Assembly: GCA_025056305.1 (NCBI GenBank)
Contig: JANWWJ010000025.1
Coordinates: 57,476-121,475, forward strand
DNA from: Chitinophagales bacterium
GTDB lineage: Bacteria > Bacteroidota > Bacteroidia > Chitinophagales > UBA10324
Direction of reading: 5' to 3'
DNA length: 64,000 nt
In this document: one piece after another, positions 1 to 9,703 of the stretch
How the letters are laid out: the number at the start of each line of letters is the position of its first letter
Position numbering within the stretch: the stretch's first letter is position 1
Program-made: the position numbers and the translations under genes
Notes under the pieces: model-generated
The model's database searches: none
Seen by the model: the letters and a program-made list of their open reading frames with translations, nothing else
Told to the model about the DNA's origin: nothing

Positions 1-274
1 CCAAGCGAGCAATTTGTTGCAACTCTGCATGGAGATTCTGAATCAGCCGTTCCCGAGCTTGAATACTTCTTTGTAAGGCACGTGCCTGCTCCACGCCGGC
101 TTTGTGCGAGCGACGGGTTTCCTCTAATGCTTTTTCTATGCCAGCAATTTCTTTAAGCAATTGTTCTCTTTTTGCTTGAAGCTCCTCTTTGCCGTATTGT
201 GCCCTTGCTGGCTGAGCGAACAGCAACCAAACGCTCAGAAAGCTCAAAACAACAAATGAGAAAAATCCGCTCAT
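1..274 (-). CDS. Partial CDS (N-terminus only; continues beyond the window): probable EnvC-like murein hydrolase activator / M23 peptidase family protein
   Basis: Hand translation of the minus strand from the ATG at 274 gives MSGFFSFVVLSFLSVWLLFAQPARAQYGKEELQAKREQLLKEIAGIEKALEETRRSHKAGVEQARALQRSIQARERLIQNLHAELQQIARL. This is a signal peptide followed by a coiled coil. It has no stop in the window, so it is absent from the ORF track. The family call rests on the coiled-coil N-terminus and its position next to DUF4292 and TPR genes; the catalytic domain is not visible. Confidence 0.4.
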   Translation of the reverse strand, partial: MSGFFSFVVLSFLSVWLLFAQPARAQYGKEELQAKREQLLKEIAGIEKALEETRRSHKAGVEQARALQRSIQARERLIQNLHAELQQIARL

Positions 275-306
275 CAGCTAAAGCCGTAACGTCGAAAAGG
301 CTGCTT

Positions 307-1032
307 TTAGTTTTCTACACGGAACGGAAATTCAAACGCCTCGTCCAGCTTGATACGAGTAAAGATAACCTGCACTTCTACCGTATCGCTGCCTCTCAAC
401 ATCCACTTTCTCCACAAAGCAAATGGCTTGGTGTCTTGTATGGTATACTGTTGATTAACGATCGACAGTTGCCCTTGTTCAGGGCTGCTCAATACCTGAA
501 CCAACAGTTTACCGTCATCAGAAAAAATGATGGAGTCGGTTATTGACCCTGCTGCAGAGGCTGTTGAGAGGGTATCGTACCGACGCAGTCGATACCAAGC
601 AGCAGCCCTAAGATGATTGCCTGCTATGAGGTCCTGAAAATGGCGGAACGACAACGGCAGGCCGGTAAGTTGCCGGAAGTAGTCAACATCTGCATGCATA
701 TGTTGTTTTCCAATCCGATCAATCAGATGCACGGAATCGGGTGTAAGCAGCATTCGTGCCGCTTCTAGTCCTCCCAACGCTTGGAGTGAAATCCAGATGA
801 TGCTGTCGGCCCGAGCACGAAGTTGTGCGGTGAAATCGGTGTTCTTACCGTTGTAAACAACCGAAACCTTTGCACGGGCTTGCAACCATTGATACGTGAA
901 ATGATGCAAACGCAATGAATCAACAGAAACCAGCGCCACTGGTGCTGGTCTTTGGGGTATGCTTACTGTCGGAACCGACGGGGTGCTGCAGCCTGCCCCC
1001 AACACCAGCAGCAGGACTACACCCCTAATCAT
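307..1032 (-). CDS. DUF4292-like (LolA-fold) lipoprotein
   Basis: ORF 307..1095. The internal ATG at 1032 gives MIRGVVLLLVLGAGCS, a lipoprotein signal with a lipobox Cys. Size and sequence resemble the Bacteroidota DUF4292 family, which usually sits next to a TPR gene. It overlaps the upstream TPR gene stop by 8 nt. Confidence 0.55.
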   Translation of the reverse strand: MIRGVVLLLVLGAGCSTPSVPTVSIPQRPAPVALVSVDSLRLHHFTYQWLQARAKVSVVYNGKNTDFTAQLRARADSIIWISLQALGGLEAARMLLTPDSVHLIDRIGKQHMHADVDYFRQLTGLPLSFRHFQDLIAGNHLRAAAWYRLRRYDTLSTASAAGSITDSIIFSDDGKLLVQVLSSPEQGQLSIVNQQYTIQDTKPFALWRKWMLRGSDTVEVQVIFTRIKLDEAFEFPFRVEN

Positions 1033-2842
1033 AAAGCTTTCGGTCCTGAATTTTACGATCCAACAAGGGTGATTCAGCATTACGCTCACGAGCACGCTGC
1101 CAGTAGAGCACTGCCTGTTCTACATCGCCCAGTTGAAAGAGCACGTCTCCGAAATGCTCCAGGATGGTGGCGTCGCTGTCGCCGCCATGAATCAAAGCCT
1201 TTTGTAGGTATTCCTTAGCCTCCTGGTAGCGGCCAAGGCGGTAAAGCACCCAGCCATAGGTATCCAGATAGGCGGCATTTTCAGGTGAAAGACTCAAAGC
1301 TTGCTGGGCCATGGATAAAGCGCGCTCAAGCTTTTCGCCTCTTAATGAGAGGAAATAAGCATAATTGTTCAAAGCCGTGGCGTTGTTGGGATCATACAGA
1401 ATAGCACGCTCATAACAACTATCGGAGGCAACGTTGTTTTTCAGATAGTGATAGGCATCGCCGCAAAGCGCATAGAGCTGAGCGGTAAAGCGAATGTCGG
1501 CAGGACCCAAGGCGATGGCCCGACTAAAGGCAGCCACAGCCGCCTGATGATTATTAAGCCGCATATGAGCATATCCGTGGAAATAGTGTGCCAGAACCTG
1601 GTCTGGGAAGTAGTCGAGGCACCGAGCTGTTATGGCTACCAGGGAATCGTAGCGGCGCTGCTGATCATAGATGAAGAACATTTGTTGCCATACGGTGAAG
1701 ATGTTGCTCGTGATGGCAAGAGACCGTTGATAGGCTGCCAGTGCACTATCCAACTGATTGCTCTGATAGAAAAAGTCACCTTGCAAGGCTTGAGCTTTAG
1801 CGCTGTAGGGATGAGAGGATGCAAACAATGCGGCATAGCGCAGCGCAGCAGCTTTACGGGCCTCATCAGCTGGTTGAGCTTTTTGAAACAATTCCAGGTA
1901 GGGTACCAACAAGGCCACGCCCACATCTTCCGGCAAAGCAGGGTTGGAAAAAACCTTCCTATAGGTCTCTTCAGCTTGCGCCGAAAGCCCTTTTTGTTCG
2001 TAGTAGCGGGCCAACAACACTTGAGCCCGCGCATCGTCGGGATAGCGGCTCAACAATTGCTGCAAACCCGCATAAGCTTCCGCGTCGCGTTGATGGGCCA
2101 GGCTAAATTCAATGAGACGGTACCAGTAGGCAGGCTGGGAAGGGTCAGTATTTATAAGCCGTCGTAATTCTTCCAAAGCACGATCCGGCTTTTTGAGCTG
2201 CATCCATAGACGCACTTTCTGGTCGGTGATGTCTTCAGTAATGCCGAAACGCTCCTGAAAGCGAGAAAAGATATCAAGCGCCAGCGTGTATTGCTTGTCT
2301 TGCTCGGCGAAAAAAGCCCAGTTATACCAATGTTGCGTGTTGTCGGGTTGCAGCCGTACCAGCTGCTCATAAGTTTTTATGGCTTCCCGAAAATTGCCTA
2401 AAGCTCCCTGCAGCGTGCCCAGCAAGTCAAGGTACCATGGATTGTTTGGATTCAGCCGCACGGCCTGTTCGGCGTACAACAGCGCATCAATAAGTTGACG
2501 CGTGTTATAAAGAATTTTTGCTATATTAAAATAGGCTGCATCGTTAGAAGGGTCCAATTTGATGACTTCCTTAAACAGATTCAATGCCGCCTGGTAGTCG
2601 CCCAGCATTTCCATCTTGCAGGCATCGATAAATTTTTCGGAAACGATACGATAACGGGGGTCGTCTTGCGCCAGGCGTTGCTGCTGAAGTAGTTCCCTCC
2701 CATCGCCCGCAGCCTTGCTTAATGGGCGCTCCGATGAACACGATACCCATACCGACAGTGCCAACACCAGGTACGTCATGATGCGTACCCAATATGAGCA
2801 GCTAACCACAGGACTTTGGTTTGAAGACTTATGCATGCTCAT
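1025..2842 (-). CDS. Tetratricopeptide-repeat protein
   Basis: ~600-aa ORF with many A/Y/L-rich 34-aa TPR-like repeats (e.g. AYFNIAKILYNTRQLIDALLYAEQAVRLNPNN). The first track codon at 2845 is TTG. The ATG at 2842 overlaps the upstream gene stop by 1 nt (TGATG). An alternative ATG lies at 2779. Confidence 0.8.
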   Translation of the reverse strand: MSMHKSSNQSPVVSCSYWVRIMTYLVLALSVWVSCSSERPLSKAAGDGRELLQQQRLAQDDPRYRIVSEKFIDACKMEMLGDYQAALNLFKEVIKLDPSNDAAYFNIAKILYNTRQLIDALLYAEQAVRLNPNNPWYLDLLGTLQGALGNFREAIKTYEQLVRLQPDNTQHWYNWAFFAEQDKQYTLALDIFSRFQERFGITEDITDQKVRLWMQLKKPDRALEELRRLINTDPSQPAYWYRLIEFSLAHQRDAEAYAGLQQLLSRYPDDARAQVLLARYYEQKGLSAQAEETYRKVFSNPALPEDVGVALLVPYLELFQKAQPADEARKAAALRYAALFASSHPYSAKAQALQGDFFYQSNQLDSALAAYQRSLAITSNIFTVWQQMFFIYDQQRRYDSLVAITARCLDYFPDQVLAHYFHGYAHMRLNNHQAAVAAFSRAIALGPADIRFTAQLYALCGDAYHYLKNNVASDSCYERAILYDPNNATALNNYAYFLSLRGEKLERALSMAQQALSLSPENAAYLDTYGWVLYRLGRYQEAKEYLQKALIHGGDSDATILEHFGDVLFQLGDVEQAVLYWQRARERNAESPLLDRKIQDRKLYD

Positions 2843-3843
2843 CAACGTTGGACAGCGTAATCACCCAAACTCAAATCATCAGGGCCACCTTGTACAACAA
2901 CGTGATTGCCCAGCATTGAATTACTGATGATGCGGTCACGAATGCGAACGGACGACTGAATGATTGAGTTGCTGATGACACTGCTTTCGATTATTGTCTT
3001 TTCTCCTACCGAAACATAAGGCCCGACAACGGCATGCCGGATGCGCACGCCGGCACCTAAATAGCAGGGCGGCACGATCACAGATTGTTCGATGACAGCA
3101 GTAGGATCAATCAGGGGCTGATCTTTGTACCGCTCCAGCAAGGCGCGATTGGTTGCTACGGTGGCGTCTTTGTTTCCGCAATCCAGCCACTGATGCACGG
3201 CGCCAGCATAAAGCTTCGACCCTTTGTTTTTCATGTGTTCCATGGCCGTGGTCAGCTGATACTCTCCTTTGTCTTTAATGTCGTGATCGAGCAGGTATTG
3301 CAGTTCACGCCGCAAATTATCTCCATCGCGGAAGTAGTAAATACCAATGATGGCAAGGTCGGAAACATAGACGGGCGACTTTTCTACGAACTCTAAGATG
3401 AGGCCCTCTTTATTGACCTTAACCACCCCAAATTGCTGCCAGTGTTCCACCTGTTTTACCCAGATAACTCCATCGGCCTCGGGGGGTATGGAAAAGTCTG
3501 CAAAAAACAAGGTGTCGGCAAAAGCAATAAGTACGGGGCCGTACAGGTGTTCGGCTGCGCAAAGAATAGCATGAGCTGTGCCCAACGGTTCTTTCTGATA
3601 GTGAATGGATGCTGTAGCACCCAAATTGTGTGCCATGCGCAGCAGCTCCGCCTCGGTGTCCTTACCAAAATCACCGACCACAAAGGCAATATGCTCCAGC
3701 CGCTGATGGGTTATGCTGGCCAGGTATTCAATCAAATGGCGGACGATAGGTTTGCCTGCCACCGGGATCATAGGCTTGGGCGTGGTAAGCGTGTGTGGCC
3801 GCATCCGCTTACCCTGTCCGGCCATCGGCACAATCACCCGCAT
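2842..3843 (-). CDS. Sugar-phosphate nucleotidyltransferase (NTP-transferase domain plus C-terminal left-handed beta-helix)
   Basis: N-terminus MRVIVPMAGQGKRMRP..TPKPMIPVAGKPI matches the G-x-G-x-R nucleotidyltransferase signature. The C-terminus has hexapeptide-like repeats (VISNSIIQSSVRIRDRIISNSMLG). Confidence 0.8.
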   Translation of the reverse strand: MRVIVPMAGQGKRMRPHTLTTPKPMIPVAGKPIVRHLIEYLASITHQRLEHIAFVVGDFGKDTEAELLRMAHNLGATASIHYQKEPLGTAHAILCAAEHLYGPVLIAFADTLFFADFSIPPEADGVIWVKQVEHWQQFGVVKVNKEGLILEFVEKSPVYVSDLAIIGIYYFRDGDNLRRELQYLLDHDIKDKGEYQLTTAMEHMKNKGSKLYAGAVHQWLDCGNKDATVATNRALLERYKDQPLIDPTAVIEQSVIVPPCYLGAGVRIRHAVVGPYVSVGEKTIIESSVISNSIIQSSVRIRDRIISNSMLGNHVVVQGGPDDLSLGDYAVQR

Positions 3844-3887
3844 ATATTAAAAATGCATTTATGTATTTCAATCATCAAGCAATCCGT

Positions 3888-4322
3888 TCAATCAGTGCCA
3901 GTGTGGCCAAAGCCTCCGGCCCCCCGGGCGGTTGAATCCAAGCGTTCGGCCGGTTCCCATTCAATTTTTACGTAACGCGTAACCACGAGCTGAGCGATGC
4001 GCTGAGCCGGTTCGATACGTTGCACCATGTCAGACAAGTTGATAACGATGACTTTTATTTCTCCGCGGTAGTCGCTGTCGATGGTACCCGGGGTGTTGAG
4101 TAAGGTCAACCCCTGACGGATAGCCAACCCACTGCGCGGCCGTATTTGCGCCTCATAGCCCGGCGGCAGCTCGATAAAAATGCCCGTAGGTATGAGAGCT
4201 CGTTCCAAAGGTTTTAACAATACCGGTTGCGGCAGATCGGCATAAAGGTCAAGCCCGGCCGAACCCTCTGTGGCATAAATAGGCAGCGGGTTTGCCGACC
4301 GATTAACAATCCGGATTTTCAT
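3888..4322 (-). CDS. dut: dUTP diphosphatase
   Basis: Motifs [21 protein letters not shown] and [10 protein letters not shown]. The ATG at 4322 (MKIRIV...) gives the usual ~144-aa length. Confidence 0.93.
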   Translation of the reverse strand: MKIRIVNRSANPLPIYATEGSAGLDLYADLPQPVLLKPLERALIPTGIFIELPPGYEAQIRPRSGLAIRQGLTLLNTPGTIDSDYRGEIKVIVINLSDMVQRIEPAQRIAQLVVTRYVKIEWEPAERLDSTARGAGGFGHTGTD

Positions 4323-4366
4323 CAGGCGCTCAAAGGTAATTATTGCCGGTGAGGCCAATGGAAGGG

Positions 4367-5935
4367 TTATGGCCCCCGTCTAAAGGTTCTTTTTTCAATC
4401 CACACAATTACCCCCCCATAAACAGCTAAGAGAAATGCCGCCAACAGATAATAATACGATGGCTCAAGGAAAGAGCGAAGCCCCTGGGCTATGGCATAAA
4501 GCCCAACAGCCAAGACGAGGTATAACAACACACGACCCACCTGGTACGGCACGGGATAGTACCGTTGACCTAATGCATAAGAAATCACCACCATAGTCAA
4601 ATAACAAAAGAAGGTTACCCAGCTGGCTCCCACGTAGCCATAGACAGGAATTACCAGCCAGTTCAACACGAATGTGAAAACAGCTCCATAGCTGGCCACC
4701 AGGGCACCTAAGTGCGTGTGGCCGGTGAGTTTGTACCAAACAGTCAGATTGTAATACATCCCGAGAAACAATTGAGCGAGCAGCAAGATGGGAACGACGC
4801 GACCGCCCTCATAGTAAGCCGGTGTGATAAATAATCGTTGAAATAAATCCAGATATAATGCCACAATTAAAAATAAACCTCCTGCCGCGGCAACAAAGTA
4901 GTTCATGGTAGTTGCGTAGACGTGTGGAGCCCCTTGTTTTTGCGACTCGTTGAAAAAAAACGGTTCAGCCGCCATACGAAATGCCTGAACAAAAAGCGTC
5001 ATGAGCACAGCCAGCTTGTAATTGGCTCCGAACACACCCAAGTGATGCAGCGCCTCTTCGGTTGGCATTTGAAGACGGTATTTCAGCATGGCCCGACTCA
5101 ACATTTCATCAACCATGCCGGCCAACCCCACCAGCACCAAAGGCAAGCTGTAGTTTATCATATGCCGCCACAAACGCCAATCCATCTGCCAAGACAGTTG
5201 CGTGAGCGGCTGCCAGAACAACAAAAGCGTGACGGCACTGGCCACCAGATTTGCGATAAACACATAACCCACACCTAAATCCGGGTTGTACCAGCGCAGC
5301 AACCATTTCGAAAAGCTATGATCGGCATGCTGTTGCAACCCATGAGGAATGACCAACAGCAGCAGGACGTTCATGGCCACATTTACCGATACGTTGATGA
5401 GCCGATAGCCGGCAAACCGCAGCGCTTGCTCCTGCAACCGCAACCGGGCGAAGGGCAAGGCTACCAACGCGTCCAGGCCCAGAATAAGCGCAAACCACAC
5501 CACATAATCCTGCTGATCCGCATAACCAATGGCTGCTGCCAGCGGGCCGCTAAAAACGATGAGCAATCCGGAAAACAACAGAGAACTGAACAACAGCGAG
5601 ACCATGCCGGTGCTGAATACCCGCATGCGATCTTTCTCCAATGTGGCAAACCGGAAATAGGCTGTTTCTAAACCATAGACAAAAATGATATTAAAAAAAG
5701 CTGCATATGCATAAAATTCCGTAATGATGCCATAATCTTTCGGGTCGCGGAATACTGCCGTGTGAATCGGCAGCAGCAAGTAATTGAGAAACCTGCTGAC
5801 GATGGTGCCCAGGCCGTAGATGGCCGTCTGGCCGGCTAAACGTCGGAACACCGGCTGCACCCGCACCTGCTTTTCGCCACGAAGATAGAAGAAGGGCTGC
5901 GCCTGAAACAATGTCTCCCATGCTGTTGTTTGCAT
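4367..5935 (-). CDS. Polysaccharide biosynthesis / oligosaccharide flippase (MOP superfamily, Wzx/MurJ-like) membrane protein
   Basis: ~520-aa polytopic hydrophobic protein with about 12-14 predicted TM segments. The track start at 5950 is GTG; the first ATG is at 5935. Confidence 0.7.
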   Translation of the reverse strand: MQTTAWETLFQAQPFFYLRGEKQVRVQPVFRRLAGQTAIYGLGTIVSRFLNYLLLPIHTAVFRDPKDYGIITEFYAYAAFFNIIFVYGLETAYFRFATLEKDRMRVFSTGMVSLLFSSLLFSGLLIVFSGPLAAAIGYADQQDYVVWFALILGLDALVALPFARLRLQEQALRFAGYRLINVSVNVAMNVLLLLVIPHGLQQHADHSFSKWLLRWYNPDLGVGYVFIANLVASAVTLLLFWQPLTQLSWQMDWRLWRHMINYSLPLVLVGLAGMVDEMLSRAMLKYRLQMPTEEALHHLGVFGANYKLAVLMTLFVQAFRMAAEPFFFNESQKQGAPHVYATTMNYFVAAAGGLFLIVALYLDLFQRLFITPAYYEGGRVVPILLLAQLFLGMYYNLTVWYKLTGHTHLGALVASYGAVFTFVLNWLVIPVYGYVGASWVTFFCYLTMVVISYALGQRYYPVPYQVGRVLLYLVLAVGLYAIAQGLRSFLEPSYYYLLAAFLLAVYGGVIVWIEKRTFRRGP

Positions 5936-5988
5936 CGTCTGAAAGCGCACACAAGGCAGTAAGCACCTTCTGCTAACTTCGTGCAGGA

Positions 5989-6837
5989 ATGACGCAACGT
6001 ACCATTGAAGAACTCAAGCTACTGGCGGCGCAAATTCGCCGTGATGTTTTGCGCATGGTTCACGGTGCGCAAAGCGGTCATCCGGGTGGCTCGCTGGGCT
6101 GTGCCGACTTCTTTGCCGCTTTGTATTTCCGGATTATGCGCCATCGCCTGCCTTTCAACATGCAAGGAAAAGGGGAAGATGTTTTTGTGCTTTCCAATGG
6201 CCACATTTCTCCGGTATGGTATAGCACGCTGGCCCGCTCCGGATATTTTCCGCTGGCAGAGCTTAAGACTTTTCGGAAAATTAACTCTCGGCTGCAAGGA
6301 CATCCCGCTACGCATGAAGGCTTGCCCGGCGTTCGGGTGGCTACAGGCAGTTTAGGTCAAGGCCTGAGTGTGGCCATAGGCATGGCCCTGGCCAAAAGGC
6401 TTGATAACGATCCTTATCTGGTTTTTTCACTTCACGGCGACGGAGAATTGCAGGAAGGGCAATGTTGGGAAGCAGCGATGTTTGCAGCACACCACCGCAT
6501 TGACAACCTCATCGCTACCGTTGATTGGAACGGCCAGCAGATTGACGGACCCACCGTTCAAGTCATGAATTTAGGTGATTTAAAGGCCAAGTTCGAAGCT
6601 TTCGGCTGGCTTGTACTCAACTGCAACGGCAATGTGATGGAAGAGGTTGTACAGCAACTGGAAACCGCCAAAGCCATGTGCGGTCAGGGAAAGCCTGTAG
6701 TCATGCTCATGAAAACCCACATGGGGTATCCGGTCGATTTTATGATGGATAATCATGAGTGGCACGGCGTGGCTCCCAACGACGAGCAACTGGAGCGAGC
6801 CCTGGCTCAAATCCCCGTCACTTTAGGTGACTATTGA
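5989..6837 (+). CDS. Transketolase, N-terminal (TPP-binding) subunit
   Basis: Motifs SGHPGGSLG and HGDGELQEGQCWEA. The 282-aa length is typical of split transketolases. Confidence 0.92.
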   Translation: MTQRTIEELKLLAAQIRRDVLRMVHGAQSGHPGGSLGCADFFAALYFRIMRHRLPFNMQGKGEDVFVLSNGHISPVWYSTLARSGYFPLAELKTFRKINSRLQGHPATHEGLPGVRVATGSLGQGLSVAIGMALAKRLDNDPYLVFSLHGDGELQEGQCWEAAMFAAHHRIDNLIATVDWNGQQIDGPTVQVMNLGDLKAKFEAFGWLVLNCNGNVMEEVVQQLETAKAMCGQGKPVVMLMKTHMGYPVDFMMDNHEWHGVAPNDEQLERALAQIPVTLGDY

Positions 6838-8255
6838 TGGTTGGCCAATTAGGGACTAGTTGGTTTTCAGGTTGCCGCTGCCGACCAAACCATTCGGTCG
6901 TAAGCAGCGGTATCTTAAGGCTTGTGGTGTTTTGTTTGTTCCTATGGGTCGGGTCGCTTCATGCACAACTCAAGCCTTCGGTCAATGTGCTGTTTGTTGT
7001 GGATGCTTCCGGAAGCATGAATGGCCGATGGCAGGGACAAAGCAAGTTCGCCCTGGCTACAAAATCGGTCTTGCTTGCTGCCGACAGTATTCTACGTCAA
7101 AAGCCTGCACAGTTTGCCCTGCGGCTTTTTGGCCATCAATACCCTCGCTCGGCCAATAATTGCAACGACACTCGCCTTGAGGTACCCTTCGCTGCAAACA
7201 ACCTAGGATTGATTGAGAAAAAGCTGGAAGAAACCACTCCCAAAGGGCAGACCATGATAGCCAAGGCGCTGGAGCAAGCCATGAACGATTTCCCCGACTC
7301 TTTGGCTCTAAACACCATTATCCTGGTCACCGACGGTTATGAAACCTGCGGAGGTGATCTGTGTCAGGTAGCTGAAAAAATGGCGCGGCGTGGTATTGCC
7401 TTACGTCCTTTCATTGTCGGGCTTGGCTTGCCACCATCCTTAGCACGCCAGTTTGAATGCCTTGGCAGTTTTTACGACGTACAGCAGCCCGACCAACTCT
7501 ACCAAACCATGAGCGTTATTGTGGAACGCATCATCAACCCCACCACTTGTGTGGTAAACCTCTTGGACTCTTACGGTCGCCCATCGGTAACCAATCACGA
7601 ATTGTTTTTCTTTCAGCACGGCACCCATCGCCTGATCTATCAGTGGATGCACACGCTAGATCAGCAAGGCTTACCGGACACCCTTTACCCCGATCCCCGA
7701 TATCGATACGACCTGGTGGTGCAGTCGGTACCGCCTGTCACAAAGCAAGGCATCGAGTTATCGGTAGGTCGGCATAACATTATTGCTGTTGAAGTGCCCA
7801 CAGGTACCCTTGAGTTGGCGATGACAGGTGCCGCATCAGGGGTGCGTTGTCTGGTGCGCAAAAGTGGCATGAACCATTTGCTTGACGTCCAAGATGTGAA
7901 CACCAGCCGGCGTTACTTGGCCGGCAATTATGACCTGGATATCCTTACGCTCCCACGAATCAGTTACCGAAATTTTTCTATAGAAGACGGAAAGATCCAT
8001 CGCATCGTCATCCCCCAGCCAGGAACTCTGCAATTGAATCCAAGTGCGCCCGCCGCAGCATCCGTGTTCTCAATAGATAAGGTCAGTCCAAGCAAAGTAT
8101 ATGACTTTGGAATTCTGCGCAGCCAGAAATCCCTTTCCTTACTGCCGGGCGAATACCTATTGGTCTATCGCCCCGAAAAAGGTAGAAGTGCACAATTGAC
8201 ACGCCAAATAACTTTCCGCATTCATGCGGGCAGGCCTACCGTTTTACGGTTATGA
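6837..8255 (+). CDS. Secreted von Willebrand factor A (VWA) domain protein, paralogue 1
   Basis: Hydrophobic signal ending SLHAQ, then MIDAS motif VLFVVDASGSMNG with downstream T (TPKGQT) and D (LVTDGYETCGGD). About 250 aa of unassigned beta-rich C-terminus follow. The ATG at 6837 shares 1 nt with the transketolase-N stop (TGATG); the track start at 6834 is TTG. Confidence 0.8.
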   Translation: MVGQLGTSWFSGCRCRPNHSVVSSGILRLVVFCLFLWVGSLHAQLKPSVNVLFVVDASGSMNGRWQGQSKFALATKSVLLAADSILRQKPAQFALRLFGHQYPRSANNCNDTRLEVPFAANNLGLIEKKLEETTPKGQTMIAKALEQAMNDFPDSLALNTIILVTDGYETCGGDLCQVAEKMARRGIALRPFIVGLGLPPSLARQFECLGSFYDVQQPDQLYQTMSVIVERIINPTTCVVNLLDSYGRPSVTNHELFFFQHGTHRLIYQWMHTLDQQGLPDTLYPDPRYRYDLVVQSVPPVTKQGIELSVGRHNIIAVEVPTGTLELAMTGAASGVRCLVRKSGMNHLLDVQDVNTSRRYLAGNYDLDILTLPRISYRNFSIEDGKIHRIVIPQPGTLQLNPSAPAAASVFSIDKVSPSKVYDFGILRSQKSLSLLPGEYLLVYRPEKGRSAQLTRQITFRIHAGRPTVLRL

Positions 8256-8266
8256 AATTTTAGCAT

Positions 8267-9703
8267 ATGATGTCATTTCTTTCTGCCAACCACAGGCGTG
8301 TTCCGAACAAAGCATTGCTTCTGCTTCGCTCTATAGCGGTCGGGTTGCTGCTGGTTCACACTGCAACAAACGTTGAGCTTTTTGCTCAATTGCCTTCGCC
8401 ACCACTTACGCGCATTCTTTTCGTTCTTGATGCTTCCAGCAGCATGAATGAGTTGTGGGGGAATCATACGCGATTGGCCGAAGCCAAAAAAGTGATCAGC
8501 CATTTTGCCGACTCCCTCACCAACCAGCCAAATATTCATCTTGGATTGAGGGTGTATGGGCATCAGTATGCCAGCCACGAGAATAATTGCACCGACACGA
8601 AGTTGGAAGTTCCTCTGGCGGCGCGAAACGGTGCCTCCATCAAGGCGGCGCTAAATCGCATTAGACCCCTGGGTATTACACCTATTGGCTATGCCCTACA
8701 GCAGGCCGCCAACGATTTTCCAGCCCTTCCTGCCGGCCGAAACATCATCATCTTGCTTACCGATGGCCTGGAATCGTGCGAGGCAGATCCTTGTGCTGTT
8801 TCTTTAGAACTTCAGCGCAAGGGCATCATTCTCCGACCGTTCGTTATCGGCTTGGGCATCGGCGAACGGGCCGAGGCAGCCTTAAGCTGTATCGGAGTCT
8901 ATTTTGAGGCGTCCACGCCACAGGCCTTGCGTGCAGTCATGCATACCGTAACGGAACGCATTTTGGCATCTGGCGGCCTTCAGGTAAATCTGCTTGACGC
9001 TTCTGGAAAGCCGACAGAAACAGATGTGCCACTGTCGCTTACCGACTTGAATTCAGAAAAAATCAAATATTTCTACTACCACACACTGACCAACCGAGGA
9101 GTGCCTGACACCTTGCCCGTAGATGTGATTCCTCAGTATGCTCTCACGGTACATACTAAGCCGCCGCTGTACCGCAGTCCACTTCAGTTGGAAGCTCCGT
9201 TTCCCGATACCGTTAACATACCTGCAGCTCAGGGACTGTTGCGGGTTGAGCTTGCCGGAAAAACCGTCAATCAAAATCTAAATAACAAGATCAAAGCCCT
9301 TTTGTGGGCAAGGAAGGACTCTGTGCTGATAGACGTGCTAAGCCTGGGTGAAACGCAGCGTTATTTATGCGGCAGCTATCGCTTAGAAGTGCTTACCCTG
9401 CCCCGCCTACAGTACGACAGCCTCGTCATCACACCTGCCACAACTACGGTAGTAACGGTGCCAGCACCGGGTATCCTAAGCCTTTCCAAATCGTACTTGG
9501 TAACTGGCTCGCTGTTCTACCTGCAAGGCAGCCAATGGATAAAATTGTATTCGCTCAATGAAAATCTGAACAGCGAATTGATAGGTTTGCAGGCTGGAAG
9601 CTATGCACTGGTGTATCGCCCCAAGGCTTCGCGGAGATCACGCGACAGCAAAGTGGTACCGTTCACCATCAAAAGCGGTGCGACGACAAGCCTGAGATTA
9701 TGA
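8267..9703 (+). CDS. Secreted VWA domain protein, paralogue 2
   Basis: Signal peptide ending ELFAQ. MIDAS motif ILFVLDASSSMNE, then LLTDGLESCEADPC. Colinear with the upstream paralogue along its whole length. The stop overlaps the transketolase-C start (ATGA at 9700-9703). Confidence 0.8.
   Translation: MMSFLSANHRRVPNKALLLLRSIAVGLLLVHTATNVELFAQLPSPPLTRILFVLDASSSMNELWGNHTRLAEAKKVISHFADSLTNQPNIHLGLRVYGHQYASHENNCTDTKLEVPLAARNGASIKAALNRIRPLGITPIGYALQQAANDFPALPAGRNIIILLTDGLESCEADPCAVSLELQRKGIILRPFVIGLGIGERAEAALSCIGVYFEASTPQALRAVMHTVTERILASGGLQVNLLDASGKPTETDVPLSLTDLNSEKIKYFYYHTLTNRGVPDTLPVDVIPQYALTVHTKPPLYRSPLQLEAPFPDTVNIPAAQGLLRVELAGKTVNQNLNNKIKALLWARKDSVLIDVLSLGETQRYLCGSYRLEVLTLPRLQYDSLVITPATTTVVTVPAPGILSLSKSYLVTGSLFYLQGSQWIKLYSLNENLNSELIGLQAGSYALVYRPKASRRSRDSKVVPFTIKSGATTSLRL

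Noticed and set aside
172-546. 124-aa plus-strand ORF at the left edge
   Set aside because: It overlaps the minus-strand EnvC-like N-terminus and the DUF4292 lipoprotein gene. Both of those have signal peptides and a sensible context, and the plus-strand product has none.
1448-2167. 239-aa plus-strand ORF, and similar antisense ORFs at 37736-38311, 49798-50400, 56705-57178 and 59669-60172
   Set aside because: Each is antisense to a gene with strong family motifs (TPR, mreB, cysteine desulfurase, PAP2/ZIP, pirin) and has no recognisable features of its own. These are typical shadow ORFs in moderately GC-rich DNA.
6837-9703. VWA pair as the BatA/BatB aerotolerance operon
   Set aside because: There is no MoxR ATPase, DUF58, BatC/D/E or TPR partner. 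The proteins have cleavable signal peptides instead of the BatA/B N-terminal TM pair, and a different ~250-aa C-terminal half.
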